From NCBI GenBank assembly GCA_025594325.1, contig JANHCV010000010.1, forward strand, positions 1,550,001 to 1,614,000: DNA of 64,000 nucleotides. Direction: 5' to 3'. Shown piece by piece: positions 25,039-36,116 of this stretch (its first letter is position 1; each line of letters opens with the position of its first letter). Made by a program: the position numbers and the translations under genes. This DNA comes from Blastocladiella emersonii ATCC 22665. Its lineage: Eukaryota > Fungi > Blastocladiomycota. Under the pieces are notes generated by a model. That model was not told the origin of the DNA, did not search any database, and saw only the letters and a list, made by a program, of their open reading frames with translations.

Positions 25039-26327
25039 TTACTTCTTGTGGGTGAGCTTGCGGAGGTAGAACTCGAGCTCCTTGCCCTCAAGGATGTAGC
25101 CGTCGGCGCGGCCCGACTGGCCGGGGCGCGACGCGATGCGGGCGAGGAGACGGCCCTTGTTGAACTGGGTCTCGAGGTGGGCGTCCACCTTGGCGTTAGC
25201 CTGGCGGGCGGCAACCTTGCGGAGCACGCGCGACGAGCGCTTGACCTCCTCCTCGGTGGCCTCGGCGTCCTTCTTCTTGCGGCCGAGGGTCTGCACGTAG
25301 TGCGACTCGTACCACTGACGGTAGGGGGTGGCGTCGATCTCGACAATGGCGCTATCAGGCGGGGGAGAATATCGTCAGTGACTCGGTTCGTGCGAATCAA
25401 AAGTCAGCAGCAGAGAAGAGCGTACCCCTTGACGAGGGTCTTGGTGCGGACCAGCTCGTTGTTCGAGGCGTTGTAGACAACGTCGAGCACACGGGTCTTG
25501 CGGGTGCAGGCCTCCGAGCCCCAGGCGAAGTTGCCCGAGTCCAGACGCATGGCGCGGAACTTGGTGTTGCCACCGCGGACGCGCACCTGGTGGATGCGAG
25601 TGGCGCCGATCTTGGTGGCGGCGGCCTGGCGACCGAGCTCCGACTTGCGCTTCTTGCAGTAGAAGGCGCGCTTGGCACCAGTGTGCGCGCGCTTGTGACG
25701 GCTGTCGCGAGAGATACCTGTGCAGGGCAAACAACGAGCGTCAGCGAAACGGTCTGGCGGGGCAGAGTTTCGGCACGGCCGCAGGGCGCCCTCCAGCGTA
25801 GTTTCGCTCCGGAGCCGAGCGTTCCGCCACCATGCAAAATCGGCGAAAACGGGCGGGAGGCCTCGGCGATGACGGGCGGGAGGCCTCGGCGATGACGGGC
25901 GGGACGGCGGCGGTCGGTCGGGCAGAGGTCCACCTTACTCGCCGGTTACGCGGTGTCGGCGAGCCAGCCGGTCGGCATGACGGCTTCGATGCCGGTGGAC
26001 GGCGAGCGAGGGTTTTTCGAGGGGTCCGCAACGGGCGGTACGGGTGCCCGCCGTGATCCCGCGGCGAGGCGGTGGATGGACGTTCGTGACCACCGCGTTA
26101 CAGCGACGGCGTGGCGACCTGAAAGGTCAGAGTTTCAACCAGAGGGCCGCCCACGTCACGGCGGATGGTTCGGCGTGTCGGCGGGCGGTGGTCCGTGACG
26201 CCGTCGTCACGAAATAGTCGATTCGTCGTTTTGCATGGTGGCGGTGCGGCCCAAGCGGGCGAGATACATGGAGGGCGGCGTGTGGCCGGCACGGCACGCA
26301 GGGGCAGTGAACAGATCCGTCACCCAT
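25039..26327 (-). CDS. RPS8: 40S ribosomal protein S8 (eS8)
   Basis: Exon 1 is ATG G at 26327-26324. Intron 1 is 25718-26323 (606 nt) and intron 2 about 25352-25425. The protein reads [10 protein letters not shown]...[15 protein letters not shown]...[16 protein letters not shown]. Confidence 0.95.
25824..26244. repeat. Perfect 16-bp inverted repeat inside RPS8 intron 1, plus a 23-bp tandem duplication
   Basis: CCGCCACCATGCAAAA at 25824-25839 and TTTTGCATGGTGGCGG at 26229-26244, extendable inward with one bulge and one mismatch. GGGCGGGAGGCCTCGGCGATGAC occurs twice at 25851-25896. Confidence 0.95.
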
Positions 26328-26848
26328 TGCGTTTACGTGGCTCGATGGGACGAAGAGAACGAGCAAGTTGATGGCGACCTGAGCTCGCTTGAGGCGAGGC
26401 GCTCTGCGATGGTCGAAGTGTCGAATTGTGGCGCAGCCGTGATCAGCGACGCCACACGTCATCCCTGTCGCTCAGCCCTCGACGCGTTCTTCACCGCGTC
26501 TGCACCTTGAACACTCCTTCCTCGTTTCATCTAGAGACTTCAGTCCTCACGCAAGGCCATGAGAACCGCATGCAATCGTCCGCGTTGACGCGGCCGGCCC
26601 TTCCCTCGGCTCCACCGGCCAGCGCGAGCGAGTTCACGTGCGCGGCGGTAGCCGACCGTGGGACCGAACTTGGAGCCAAGATCCCTGCCTGCATCGCCCC
26701 TTGTCAACGATGCGCTGCACCTTTGCCCTCGTCGACGAAACCCACTTCAAAAGGGCCGCGTGCCCCGGCACTCCCTCCCGCTCCCCCTCTCGGCTCCAAC
26801 CGACCCTCTCCATCCAAACCCACAAAACGGCCCATCGACCGACCGACC

Positions 26849-27994
26849 ATGAGCAACCCGGCGCAGACGACGATCCTGATCATCCACGCCGACACGTACA
26901 CGGGGGCGTACATCGGGCACGCGCTGGTGGGCGACCCGGCGGTGCGGCTCAAGGTGTCTGCTCGCCGCATCGAGTCGGTGACGAGCCTGGTGAACGCGGG
27001 GGCCGAGTTTGTGCAGCTGCGCGAGGTGCCGAAGCCCGAGGACCTGGACGCGGCGTACGGCGACGCGGACACGGTGATCCTGGCGCCGTCGCCGACGCCG
27101 AACCTGGCCAACCACGTGCAGGCGCACCTCGACACGGCGGTGCGCATTGCGCGCGTCCGCCACCTGGTGCTCATGTCGGTGGTGCGCGCCGACCGCGGGT
27201 ACCCGACGGCCGACCCGTGGGCGACGTACGACGCGCTCGAGGCCAACGTGCGGCGCGCCGCCGAGACCCACCGCCCGATGCCGCTCGCCGCGACCGTGGT
27301 GCGCGTCGGGTACGTGCAGCAGAACCTCGTGTACCTGTCGGAGCTGGTGCGCGCCCGTGCCGTGCTGCCGCTGCCGCTCGGCGGGACGGGGGCGCGCACC
27401 GCGCCCGTCAACCTCAAGGACGTGGCGGCCGCCGTCGCCGCCATGGTGATCCCGGGCCCGCGCCGCGACCGCGCCCTCGGCCAGACGTACGCGCTCACGG
27501 GGCCGACGGCCTTCTCGGGCGAGGACATGGCGCGCGTGGCGTCGGTCCAGTTTGGCGTCGAGATCAAGTACATCGACGTCAAGGACGCGTCGATGCGCCA
27601 GATCCTGCACACGCTGCCCGGCATCACCGAGACCGAGGTCGACGCCTACATGGCCATGTAGTACGTTTCGCTGCTCTCGCGCGGCGGCGGTGGCTCGCGA
27701 TGGTGCTGACTCCATGGCCACGAGCGCAGCCAGGACATCCGCGACGGGTACCACGACAAGGTGAGCGAGGACCTCAACCAGTTCCTCAACCGCGCGCCCG
27801 AGTCGCTCGCCCAGTTCTTCCACGAGGTGCGTCGCTCTCTCTCCCACGTCGTGGTTCCTGATCAGGCACTGACCCGTCACCCGCGAACCTCGTAGAACGC
27901 CAGCCAGTTCCGCCCCGAGGGCGGCGTCGCGGCGCCCATCGAGCCCGTCGCCGTGGTCACCACCAAGCAGTCGCCGTCGCCGTCGACCGAGTAG
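26849..27994 (+). CDS. NmrA-like/NAD(P)-binding atypical SDR
   Basis: Rossmann-like start IIHADTYTGAYIGHAL, VRHLVLMS, APVNLKDVAAAVA and GQTYALTGP. Two short 3' introns; stop at 27992-27994. Confidence 0.8.
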
Positions 27995-28243
27995 GCGTGC
28001 GTGCTCCCAAGACCGTCGACACGCTCAAGGATGGTGCAGCGTGCGAGTCGAGAACGTGTGTGTTTCCTGTATCGATTAATCCGACGAGTTTGCCGCTGCG
28101 ATGGCTCTCCTCCTCCCCAGTCCGCGTTGATGAGCTGAGCTGGAGATGAGCAACGCGTTCCACCGCGACGCGTACAAAAGCCGCGTCCGCGCCCCCGCCC
28201 CTCCTCGCTCTCTCCCCTCGGACACCATCACTCATCAACAAAA

Positions 28244-29392
28244 ATGACATCGACCAAAACGCCCAACGACACGCCCGTGGCCACGACGGCGGGTCCGCGG
28301 TCCATCACGGGGTGGGCGGCGCAGTCCAAGGGCGCGCCGCTGACCATCTGGTCGTACGACGCGCCGGCGCTCGGGCCCGACGAGGTGGACATCAAGGTGC
28401 TCGCGTGCGGCGTGTGCCACTCGGACATCCACACCATCGACAGCGGGTGGGGCGAGGCGACGTACCCGGTCGTTGTCGGGCACGAGATCGTGGGTACGCT
28501 ACGCTACGCGGCGAAGTGATGATCACGGCTCCGATCACTCACTTTCCCCACACCACCAGGCATCGTGGCAGCGGTCGGGCCGCACGTCACGAACGTGCGC
28601 GTGGGCGACCGCGTGGCGGTGGGCGCCATGTGCGGGTCGTGCGGCGGGTGCGGGCACTGCCAGCGCGGGCACGAGCCCGTGTGCGCGCACCGCGTCTTCA
28701 CGTACGACGCCAAGCACGCCAACGGGCGCGCCGCGTACGGCGGGTACGCCGAGGCGGTGCGCGTGCCGTGCCAGTTCACGTTCCACGTGCCCGAGGCGCT
28801 CGACTCGGCCGAGTGCGCGCCGCTGCTGTGCGCGGGGGCGACCGTGTACGCGCCGCTGAAGCGGTACATGACGCCGGGCGCGCGGGTCGGCGTGGTCGGG
28901 ATCGGCGGGCTGGGCCACCTGGCGCTGCAGTTTGCCAAGGCGCTGGGCGCGGCCGAGGTGGTGGCCGTGTCGACGTCGACGCGCAAGAAGGAGGACGCGG
29001 GCAAGCTGGGCGCGAGCCAGTTCGTGGTGCTCGACTCGCCCGCCGCGTTCAAGGCGCACGAGCAGTCGCTCGACGTGATCATCTGCACGGCGTGCTCGCA
29101 CGAGATGCCGTGGAACCAGTACCTCGACCTGGTCGCGCCCAACGGCACCTTTGTCGTGGTGGGCATCCCCGAGCAGGAGATCAGCGTCGACCTCAAGCGC
29201 CTCGTGTTCTGGCAGCGCGCGCTCGCCGGGTCCATCATCGCCGGCCGCCCCGACATCCAGGAGATGCTCGAGGTGGCGGCCAAGACGGGCGTGCGGCCGT
29301 GGATCGAGCGCATACCCATGGCCAAGTGCAACGAGGCGATTGACCGCATGCGCCGCAACGACGTGCGCTACCGCTTCGTGCTCGAGAACTAA
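28244..29392 (+). CDS. Zn-dependent NADP alcohol dehydrogenase (cinnamyl-ADH/Adh6-7-like)
   Basis: Motifs CGVCHSD, GHEIVG, structural Zn CGGCGHC...C, APLLCAG, GIGGLGHLA and DVRYRFV. One intron about 28493-28559. Confidence 0.93.
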
Positions 29393-29604
29393 GGACCGGC
29401 GTGGTTTGTGATTGAGGGCCGTTGATGTTGGCCGTAGTCTTGTGTGTGTGTGTGTCGAGGCCCGCAGGCGAGGGCCGCATCGTCTGATAAAACCAGTGAT
29501 GGCGGCCATCGCGCGTGCATGTGAGGCGAGTCGACTCAAAGGCCGGTTGGTTCGAAGGAACGACGCGACCGACCCCCGCTCCCACACGCACCACGCACAC
29601 TACC

Positions 29605-30661
29605 ATGAATCATCCCGTCGCCGCTCCCGGACCTGGTGCAACGGCCGGCCCCGCGCCCGCTGGGACCCCCGCAGCGCGCGGCACGCCCGGCGCGCGGTAC
29701 GGGCAGCCCGGGTTCGTGCCGCGTCCGCGCCGGACGGAACCGCCGCGGCCCGTGCTCACCACGACGAGCTTCAAGAAGCGCGCGTGGCTGATCAAGGTGC
29801 CCGACTGGCTCGCGGCGCACTGGAAGACGGCTGCCGAGGACGAGGTGCTGGCCGTCATGGCGAACGTGTCCAAGTGCGTTTGCGTGAGCGCTTGGTGACG
29901 ATGCAGTGCACTCACACTTTTTGGGGGGTGATAGAACGTCGTCAGCGCCCGAGTTCGACATGCGGCTCGCCGAATCCGCGCGTCTGCCCGCGGAAGTGCC
30001 GCGGCACCTGCGGCTCAAGATCACGGACGCGGACGTCAAGTCCATGTTCGTGTTCGACGAGCCGGAGCGCGGCAAGTCGTCGTCGGTGGCCGCCGCGGTG
30101 CGCGCCGAGGGGTACCTGGTGCCCGCCAACGTCAAGGACCCGCGGTACCGCGCGCTGGCCAAATCGCGGGCGCAGGCGGCAGCGACGCCGAAACGCGGGA
30201 TCGCGCTGCTCGACGAGAAGGGGACGAAGCGCGCGCTCGAGGGCGCGCTCGGGCACGGGTCGAGTGATGGCGCGACCATTTCGCGCGTCGTGCACGATGC
30301 GGGGCCGGCAACGGCTGCCGCTGCGGGCTCCGCGGGCAAGGCGGCGGCGGCGGCGGCGCACAAGGGCCCGCAGCGCACGTTCGTCAAGCTCAAGGAGGAC
30401 CTGGTGGAGCTGTTCCGGCAGCACACGTACTGGAAGTTTGACGGGCTGGTGGAGCAGATGGGCGAGTCGCGCACGTTTGTGCGGCGCGCGCTGGCCGATG
30501 TCGCCGACCACGTCCGCCGCGGGCCCTACGCCAACTACTGGATGCTCAAGCCGAGTCTCGCGGCGCTGCCCGCGGTCGCGGCGGGGACGGCCGGGCGCGA
30601 CGAGGACGTGCCGCTCGACGGCAGCGCCGACGCTGACGCGGGCGAGTTCATGCAGGAGTGA
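29605..30661 (+). CDS. TFG2: Transcription initiation factor IIF beta subunit (RAP30)
   Basis: WLIKVPDWLAAHW motif and a C-terminal winged helix LVELFRQHTYW...RRGPYANYWMLKP. Intron 29874-29934. Confidence 0.85.
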
Positions 30662-30754
30662 GTGGGGGCGGCGGTGGGTTGAGGGAAGCACTCCAGTATA
30701 TTATACACGATTCGAAAAACACTCTGTCTCTGCGAGACGGGCACGCGGGGGAGG

Positions 30755-31686
30755 CTACTCCTCGGGAGCGGCCTTGGCCTTCTTGGCGCGGGACCTGGCC
30801 GGGGCGGGCTTGGTCTCAGAGGCGGCGGTTGTGGTCGTTAAGCGGCGCGTGCGGGTGCGCTTGGCGGCGGGCTCGTGGTCGCCGTCCGAGTCCTCGGCGG
30901 CAGCAGCAGCAGCAGCGCGCTTGGAGGGCTTCTTGGTCTTGGCCTTGTCCTTGTCCTTGGCCTTGGAGACACCGGGCGCGCCCATGGCCATGTGAGCGTC
31001 GTGGCGGTCGAGGACGGCCTTGGTCCAGATGGCGCGCTCGACGTCGCGGCGCGAGAGCGGGGTGGTATCGGCCTCGGGGTCGGCGACTACGGATCGTGGT
31101 GTCAGCGAGCATAGTCGAGCGAGGGTGGGTGAGACACGGGAAGCGTACCGTCAATGACCGAGTCGACGTAAGCAAGCAGCTCGCGGTACTCCTTGAGCGA
31201 GTAGCGGTAGGGCATCTTGTGCTTTGCGGCGTGGAGCAGCTCGTCGGACATGAGCGGGATGTCGGTGGAGAAAAAGGACAGGATGAGGGCGGCGGTAGCG
31301 GGCCCGACGCCGCGCAGGGCCTTGGCGAGGGCGTCGATGGCGGCGACGACGACGGTGTGCGGGAGCGGAGTGGTCGGGCAGGCGCGCAGGTCGGCGAGGA
31401 CGCGGCGGGTCACGGCCAGGACGTGCGGCTCGTCGTTCTCCAGGATCAGGGTCTGCAGGGTCGGGCGGTGGCGGCCGCGCAGCAGCTTCCAGTCGGTGAA
31501 GGCCGGGAGCAGGTCCATGCCGAAGGCGTCGAGGTGGCGGTGGTCCGGGTCGGCGACGTCGAGCGCGTGTAGCTGGGCGTGCAGGCGGCGGTACTTTTCG
31601 GGGTCGGCCGACTCGAGGGCGCGCGCCTCGGCGGCACGGTCGTAGTCGGCGAGGGCGGCGGCGAGGTCGGCGTGCGTCAGTGACAT
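30755..31686 (-). CDS. Conserved uncharacterised protein with HhH-like motif and Lys-rich tail
   Basis: Motifs WKLLRGRHRP, LRGVGPATAALILS, PLMSDE and VERAIW. One GTACGC...CTGAC...TAG intron near 31090-31148. Basic NLS-like C-terminus. Confidence 0.75.
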
Positions 31687-32702
31687 GATGGTTCCATGCG
31701 CTTCGTTGGTTTGAGGGAGGGAGGCGAAGCGACGCGGTCGGGAGTCATCTCCGGCGCGGCAAGTGAGCGACGCGTTGGCTGGCGGCGGGTGGCGGTGGCT
31801 GGGTCGGGCAGGCGCACGTGGGCGGGTGTGCGCCACGTCGAACATTTTGCGGCTTGCCGCCGCAGCCGAGCGCCCGCGCGCGCCTCGCCGCGTCCGCCTT
31901 CGTTTTCGCCGTGACGGCGTGGACCCGCCCGCTGCGCGCGTTGCTCTGGTCGCCTCACCGACGCGGACCCACCAAGGGAGCGAAGCGCGCCGCCCGCCGT
32001 CCCCTCTCCCGCCCCTCTCCCGCCCCTCTCCCGCCCCTCTCGCGATCCACAAGCGTGTGCTGCGCTGCGCTGCCCCCTCCCTCCGCATCCATACACGGTC
32101 ACTGCCCCCCTGATACCCGCCTACGGTGTGATTCCCGCCCTCGCCCCCGTCGTCGTCCGGTCACCCATCGGTACGCGCTCCCCGTCCCCTTGGCGTGTTG
32201 CGCCGGTGCGGGTCCCATGCGCGGCGATTGGCCAGCCGCTGGAATGAACGCGGCTCGCTCTGCGGCTCGCTTCGCCGCGTGCGATGCGCTGCGTGCGATG
32301 CCGTGCGCCGTTTCACCTCGCCTGCCCGGCCGGGCCCAACAAGCTGGGCCGCTGCTCCTCGGCTCCCGCTCCCCCCATCGGTCGGTGCCCGCTTCGCTCT
32401 CGCCATCCTCCCCACTCTGCTGGGAACCACCCGCAGCCGAGCGAGCGAGCGAGCACGAGCACGACCGCCGAGCACCCGACCCGCCCGCCGCCGTCCGCCC
32501 GCCGCCGTCCCTGCCCGCACCCCCGCCGGCGCACTCTATCCATCCCATCCGACCTCCCCGGCCTGGACTGACTTTCTTCGTCTCCGGCTCCCTCGGCTCG
32601 CTCAGACTGCCCGCCCTACACACTCGACCTCGTCATCGCCACCATCGACTCGTTCCCTGAAACTGAACCGCACCACCACCACCCGCACGACCGACCTCCA
32701 CC

Positions 32703-32815
32703 ATGGCGTCCGCTGCCGTCCGCCTGTCGCACGCCGGCTACCCGCTCCACCACCACCATGCCGGCGCCCGCGCCTCCTCGGCCCATCACGCCGTGCATCA
32801 TCACCAGGGCTACGC

Positions 32816-32848
<33 letters not shown>

Positions 32849-33695
32849 CCACTACGCGCCCGCGCCGCGCCAGCGCCACTACGCCTCGCCCGCTTCCTCG
32901 TCGTCTTCGGCCGCGCACCCCGACGGACCGTGGGGCCACTCGGCGCCCGTGCCCGTCACGTCGCTGTCCTCAAGCAGCAGTAGCAGATCGGCCGCCACGC
33001 TGCCTGCGCCCGCGCCCTACTACCCGCACCGCCGCGTCACGGCCGTCAACGTGCGCGCCATGTCGCCCGCCTCGTCCGCCGCCTCCTCCGCGGCCGACGA
33101 CCTGCACTACCTGCACCGCTGGGGCTCGGCCTCGCCGCCCCCCGCCGCCGGCCTGCACCACCACCTGCACCACCACCTGCCCTACTCGGCCGCCGCCCGC
33201 TACGGCTCCGCGTCGCTCGCCCTCGCCGCCGAGGACGACCTCGGGTCCGCCACGGGGTCCGCCTCGGGCTCGTCGCCCGCGCTCGGCTTCCTGGGTCTCG
33301 ACCCCTTCTCGCTCGCCGAGGACGCGGCCTTCTGCCCGCTGCCCATCGCCACCCTCGCCGAGGACCACGGCGTCAACGAGGACGACGTGCGCGGCATGCT
33401 CGCCGGCCTGACCGCCGACCTGCCCTCGCTCCACTACCCGGGCGGCTCCGACGCCGGCTCCCTCTACGCCCCGCGCACGCCCTCGCCCCACTCGTCGCGC
33501 TCCTCGAGCCGCGGATCCAACAACGGTGGCGGTGCTGCCGGCCCCGGCTCGCGCACCCGGGCATGGAGCGCCTCGTCTGACGACGCCGCGCCCTCCGCAC
33601 CCTCGGCCTCGGCGGCCCGCCGCGGCGTCCGCATCGTGCACCCGTCGACGCGCCAGGAGATCGACCTGCGCTCGGTCCAGCACCGCCGCCGCTGA
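32703..33695 (+). CDS. Hypothetical low-complexity (His/Gln/Ser/Ala-rich) protein, 330 aa
   Basis: Intronless ORF with strong C/G third-position bias, a C-rich leader ending CACCATGG and a long pyrimidine-rich 3' region. Confidence 0.7.
32817..32846 (+). repeat. (CAG)10 polyglutamine tract
   Basis: Read directly from the sequence. Confidence 0.95.
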
Positions 33696-34484
33696 GTCGC
33701 CGCGCTCGCTGGTCTCGGGTCCCGAGTGCGGACTCGCGTGTGTGGCTGTGGCTGTGGTCCGCGTGTGTGTGCTGCTGCCGGTTGTCGTTGCTCTGGTCGT
33801 CCTCCCTCCTCCCTCCTCCCTGTACATTTTCCCCCCTCCCTCCAACCATCTCGCCCTCTCTTCCCCTTTTGATCTGTTCCTATTACCCACCCCCACCCCC
33901 ACCCCACCCTTGACACCGTCAACCCGTTTTCCCTGACCCTCCTCTCGCGCGCGCGCCCTCGTCGCTGGTGCCTCCCGTGCTCCGCTGCGAGAGGGTCCGC
34001 GGCCGCGCCCGCCCGCCCGCCAGCGACCACCACCACCCTCTGCCCTGCCCTGTCCGCCCCCCTGCTACACCCCGCCTGCCCGTCCTCGTCCCTCCCTCAT
34101 GTCCATACTCGTTCCCTTTTTGACTCGTCATCGCGCCTCCTACTCCCTACAACACGTACATCCTCCCTCCCTCCCCCGCAGCATCCCCTCCTTTTGAGTA
34201 CCCCCCCTCCCCTCTTGCACAGCCTTCTATACTGTCATTTTCTGTCGTCTCCATCGTCGTCGTCCCGGTTGGTTAAAGTGATCTATAAAGCGGAAATCCT
34301 ACTCTGATCTCGGTGTCGTTAGTGCCTGGCCGCGGCCGTGGCTATGGTCATGGCCATGGTCATCGGCTGAAGCGGCCACGGTCACCTTTCAGCGTGGACC
34401 CGGCCATCGACCACCGTGAACACACCCCGATTGTTACAGCAAGCAAGTCAAGTTGACATCATCCCCAACATCCACAGAAACGGG

Positions 34485-35821
34485 TTACGCCTTGGCAGCC
34501 ATCGCCGCCGCCTCCTCCGCGATCTGCTTGGCGGCCACGAGCGCGCGGGTCCAGTCGGCCTTGAGATCCTCCACATCCTCGAGCCCGACCGACACGCGGA
34601 CCAGCGTCTCGGGCATCGTCGGGTCGTGCTGGAACCGCCACTCGGCGAGCGTCTCGACCCCGCCCAACGACGTGGCCGGCCGCGCGAGGTGGAGCAGGTG
34701 CGGGACCGCGCGCGCCGCGTCGCGCGAGGCCAGCTCGACGGCGAGCACGGGCGAGTGGCCGCCGGCCATCTGGCGCTTCACCCACTCGGGCTGCGGGCCC
34801 AGCGACGCGTGGCGGACGCGCGCCAGCGTGCCCTCGAGCCCGGGCACCTCGCCGTCGACGACCTTAGCGAACCAGCGCGCGAGCTTCGCGGCGGTCGCGG
34901 CCTGCGCGCGCACGCGCAGCGTCAGGGTGCGCAGGCTGCGCAGCAGCAGCCACGCTTCGAGGGAGCCGAGCGTCGACCCGACCACGGTGCGCTCGCCGCG
35001 CAGGGCGCGCGCGGTCGCGGCGTCGCGCGTCGCCACCACGCCGCCGAGGATGTCCGAGTGCCCGCCGTAGAACTTGGTTGCGCTGTGCACGACCGCGTCG
35101 ACGCCGGGGAACGACAGGCAGAACTGCAGCGGCGGCGGCGCGAGCGTCGCGTCGACCACGAGCCGCGCGCCCGCTGCGCGCACGGACGAGGAGACGGAGG
35201 CGAGGTCTGTCACGTCGCCGTACGGGTTGAGCGGGGACTCGAGCAGCACGAGGTCGCCGGCGCCCAAATCGGCGGGGAGGGTGTCGGTCGGCGACAGCGC
35301 GACGTGCACGCACCCCGGCCGGTTGCGCAGGTACTCGCGCAGGCCCGCGAAGGTCCCGTGGTACCCGAGCTGCGTCACGATGCGCCGCGGCGTGTAGTGG
35401 TGCATGACTACGCGCTGGCGGGATCAGTACCGCGGTCCACGGGTGTCGTGCGCGCGGGCAGCGTACCAGCGAACAGCGCCGCGAGTCCGCTCGCGTACAC
35501 GACGGCGTGCGCGGGCCCGGTGGACCCGGGGTACCCGCCCTCGAGGGCGCCGAGGACCGCCTCGACGCGGGTCACCACGGGCGTCGTCATGCGCGAGTAG
35601 ATGTACTCGTTCTCTTCACCCTCCGCGTGCCCGTGCCCGCCCGCGGCGGCAGCGGCCTCGACGTGCCGCGCAATCAGCGGGGCCAGGTCGGCGGGGACGC
35701 GCTGCGTGAAGGTCGAGCTCATGGCGATGGGCAGCGTCACGGGCGCCGTGTCGCGGCAGTCGGCCACGCCCGCGTCGGCGTGCACTAGCAGCGTGCGGAG
35801 CGGGTCGGTGGACGAGGTCAT
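34485..35821 (-). CDS. Cys/Met metabolism PLP enzyme (cystathionine gamma-synthase/lyase family)
   Basis: Motifs PIAMSSTF, YIYSRMTTP, LESPLNP, VVDATLAPP, HSATKFYGGHSD (PLP lysine) and ATSLGGVETL. One intron near 35410-35465. Confidence 0.92.
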
Positions 35822-35885
35822 GGTGGTTACGTTGCAATGGGCTAGGGCTTTGGGTGAGTGCAGAAGGCGGCGGGAGAGCGCGAGC

Positions 35886-35893
35886 TTTATATA
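35886..35893 (-). promoter_or_regulatory. TATA-box-like element of the Cys/Met PLP gene
   Basis: TATATAAA on the minus strand, 65 bp upstream of the ATG, in very GC-rich surroundings. Confidence 0.55.
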
Positions 35894-35943
35894 CGGCGCG
35901 ACGGCGGCCACGGCCCGGCCGACCGCGTCGCGCACCGCCGAGG

Positions 35944-35967
35944 GTTCGGCATCAGGGGGGCGACAAC
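35944..35967. repeat. Left TSD (9 bp) + left TIR (15 bp)
   Basis: GTTCGGCAT|CAGGGGGGCGACAAC. Confidence 0.95.
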
Positions 35968-36116
35968 GGCCATCCGCGTGCCATAAAGTCGAGTGGCTGC
36001 CACTCCTTTCAACGCGTCCCCCACGCGTCTCGCTCGCGCGCGGCGGTCAGCTTACCCTCCCGTCGACAGCTCCTTCCGCTTCGCTCATCGTGCATGAACG
36101 ATTCCCACTCTATGCA

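Noticed and set aside
26126-26210. Box C/D snoRNA in the RPS8 intron (GUGACGA ... CUGA)
   Set aside because: Box C is non-consensus, there is no terminal stem, and only about 8 nt of possible rRNA complementarity was seen. It cannot be excluded without a snoscan/Infernal search.
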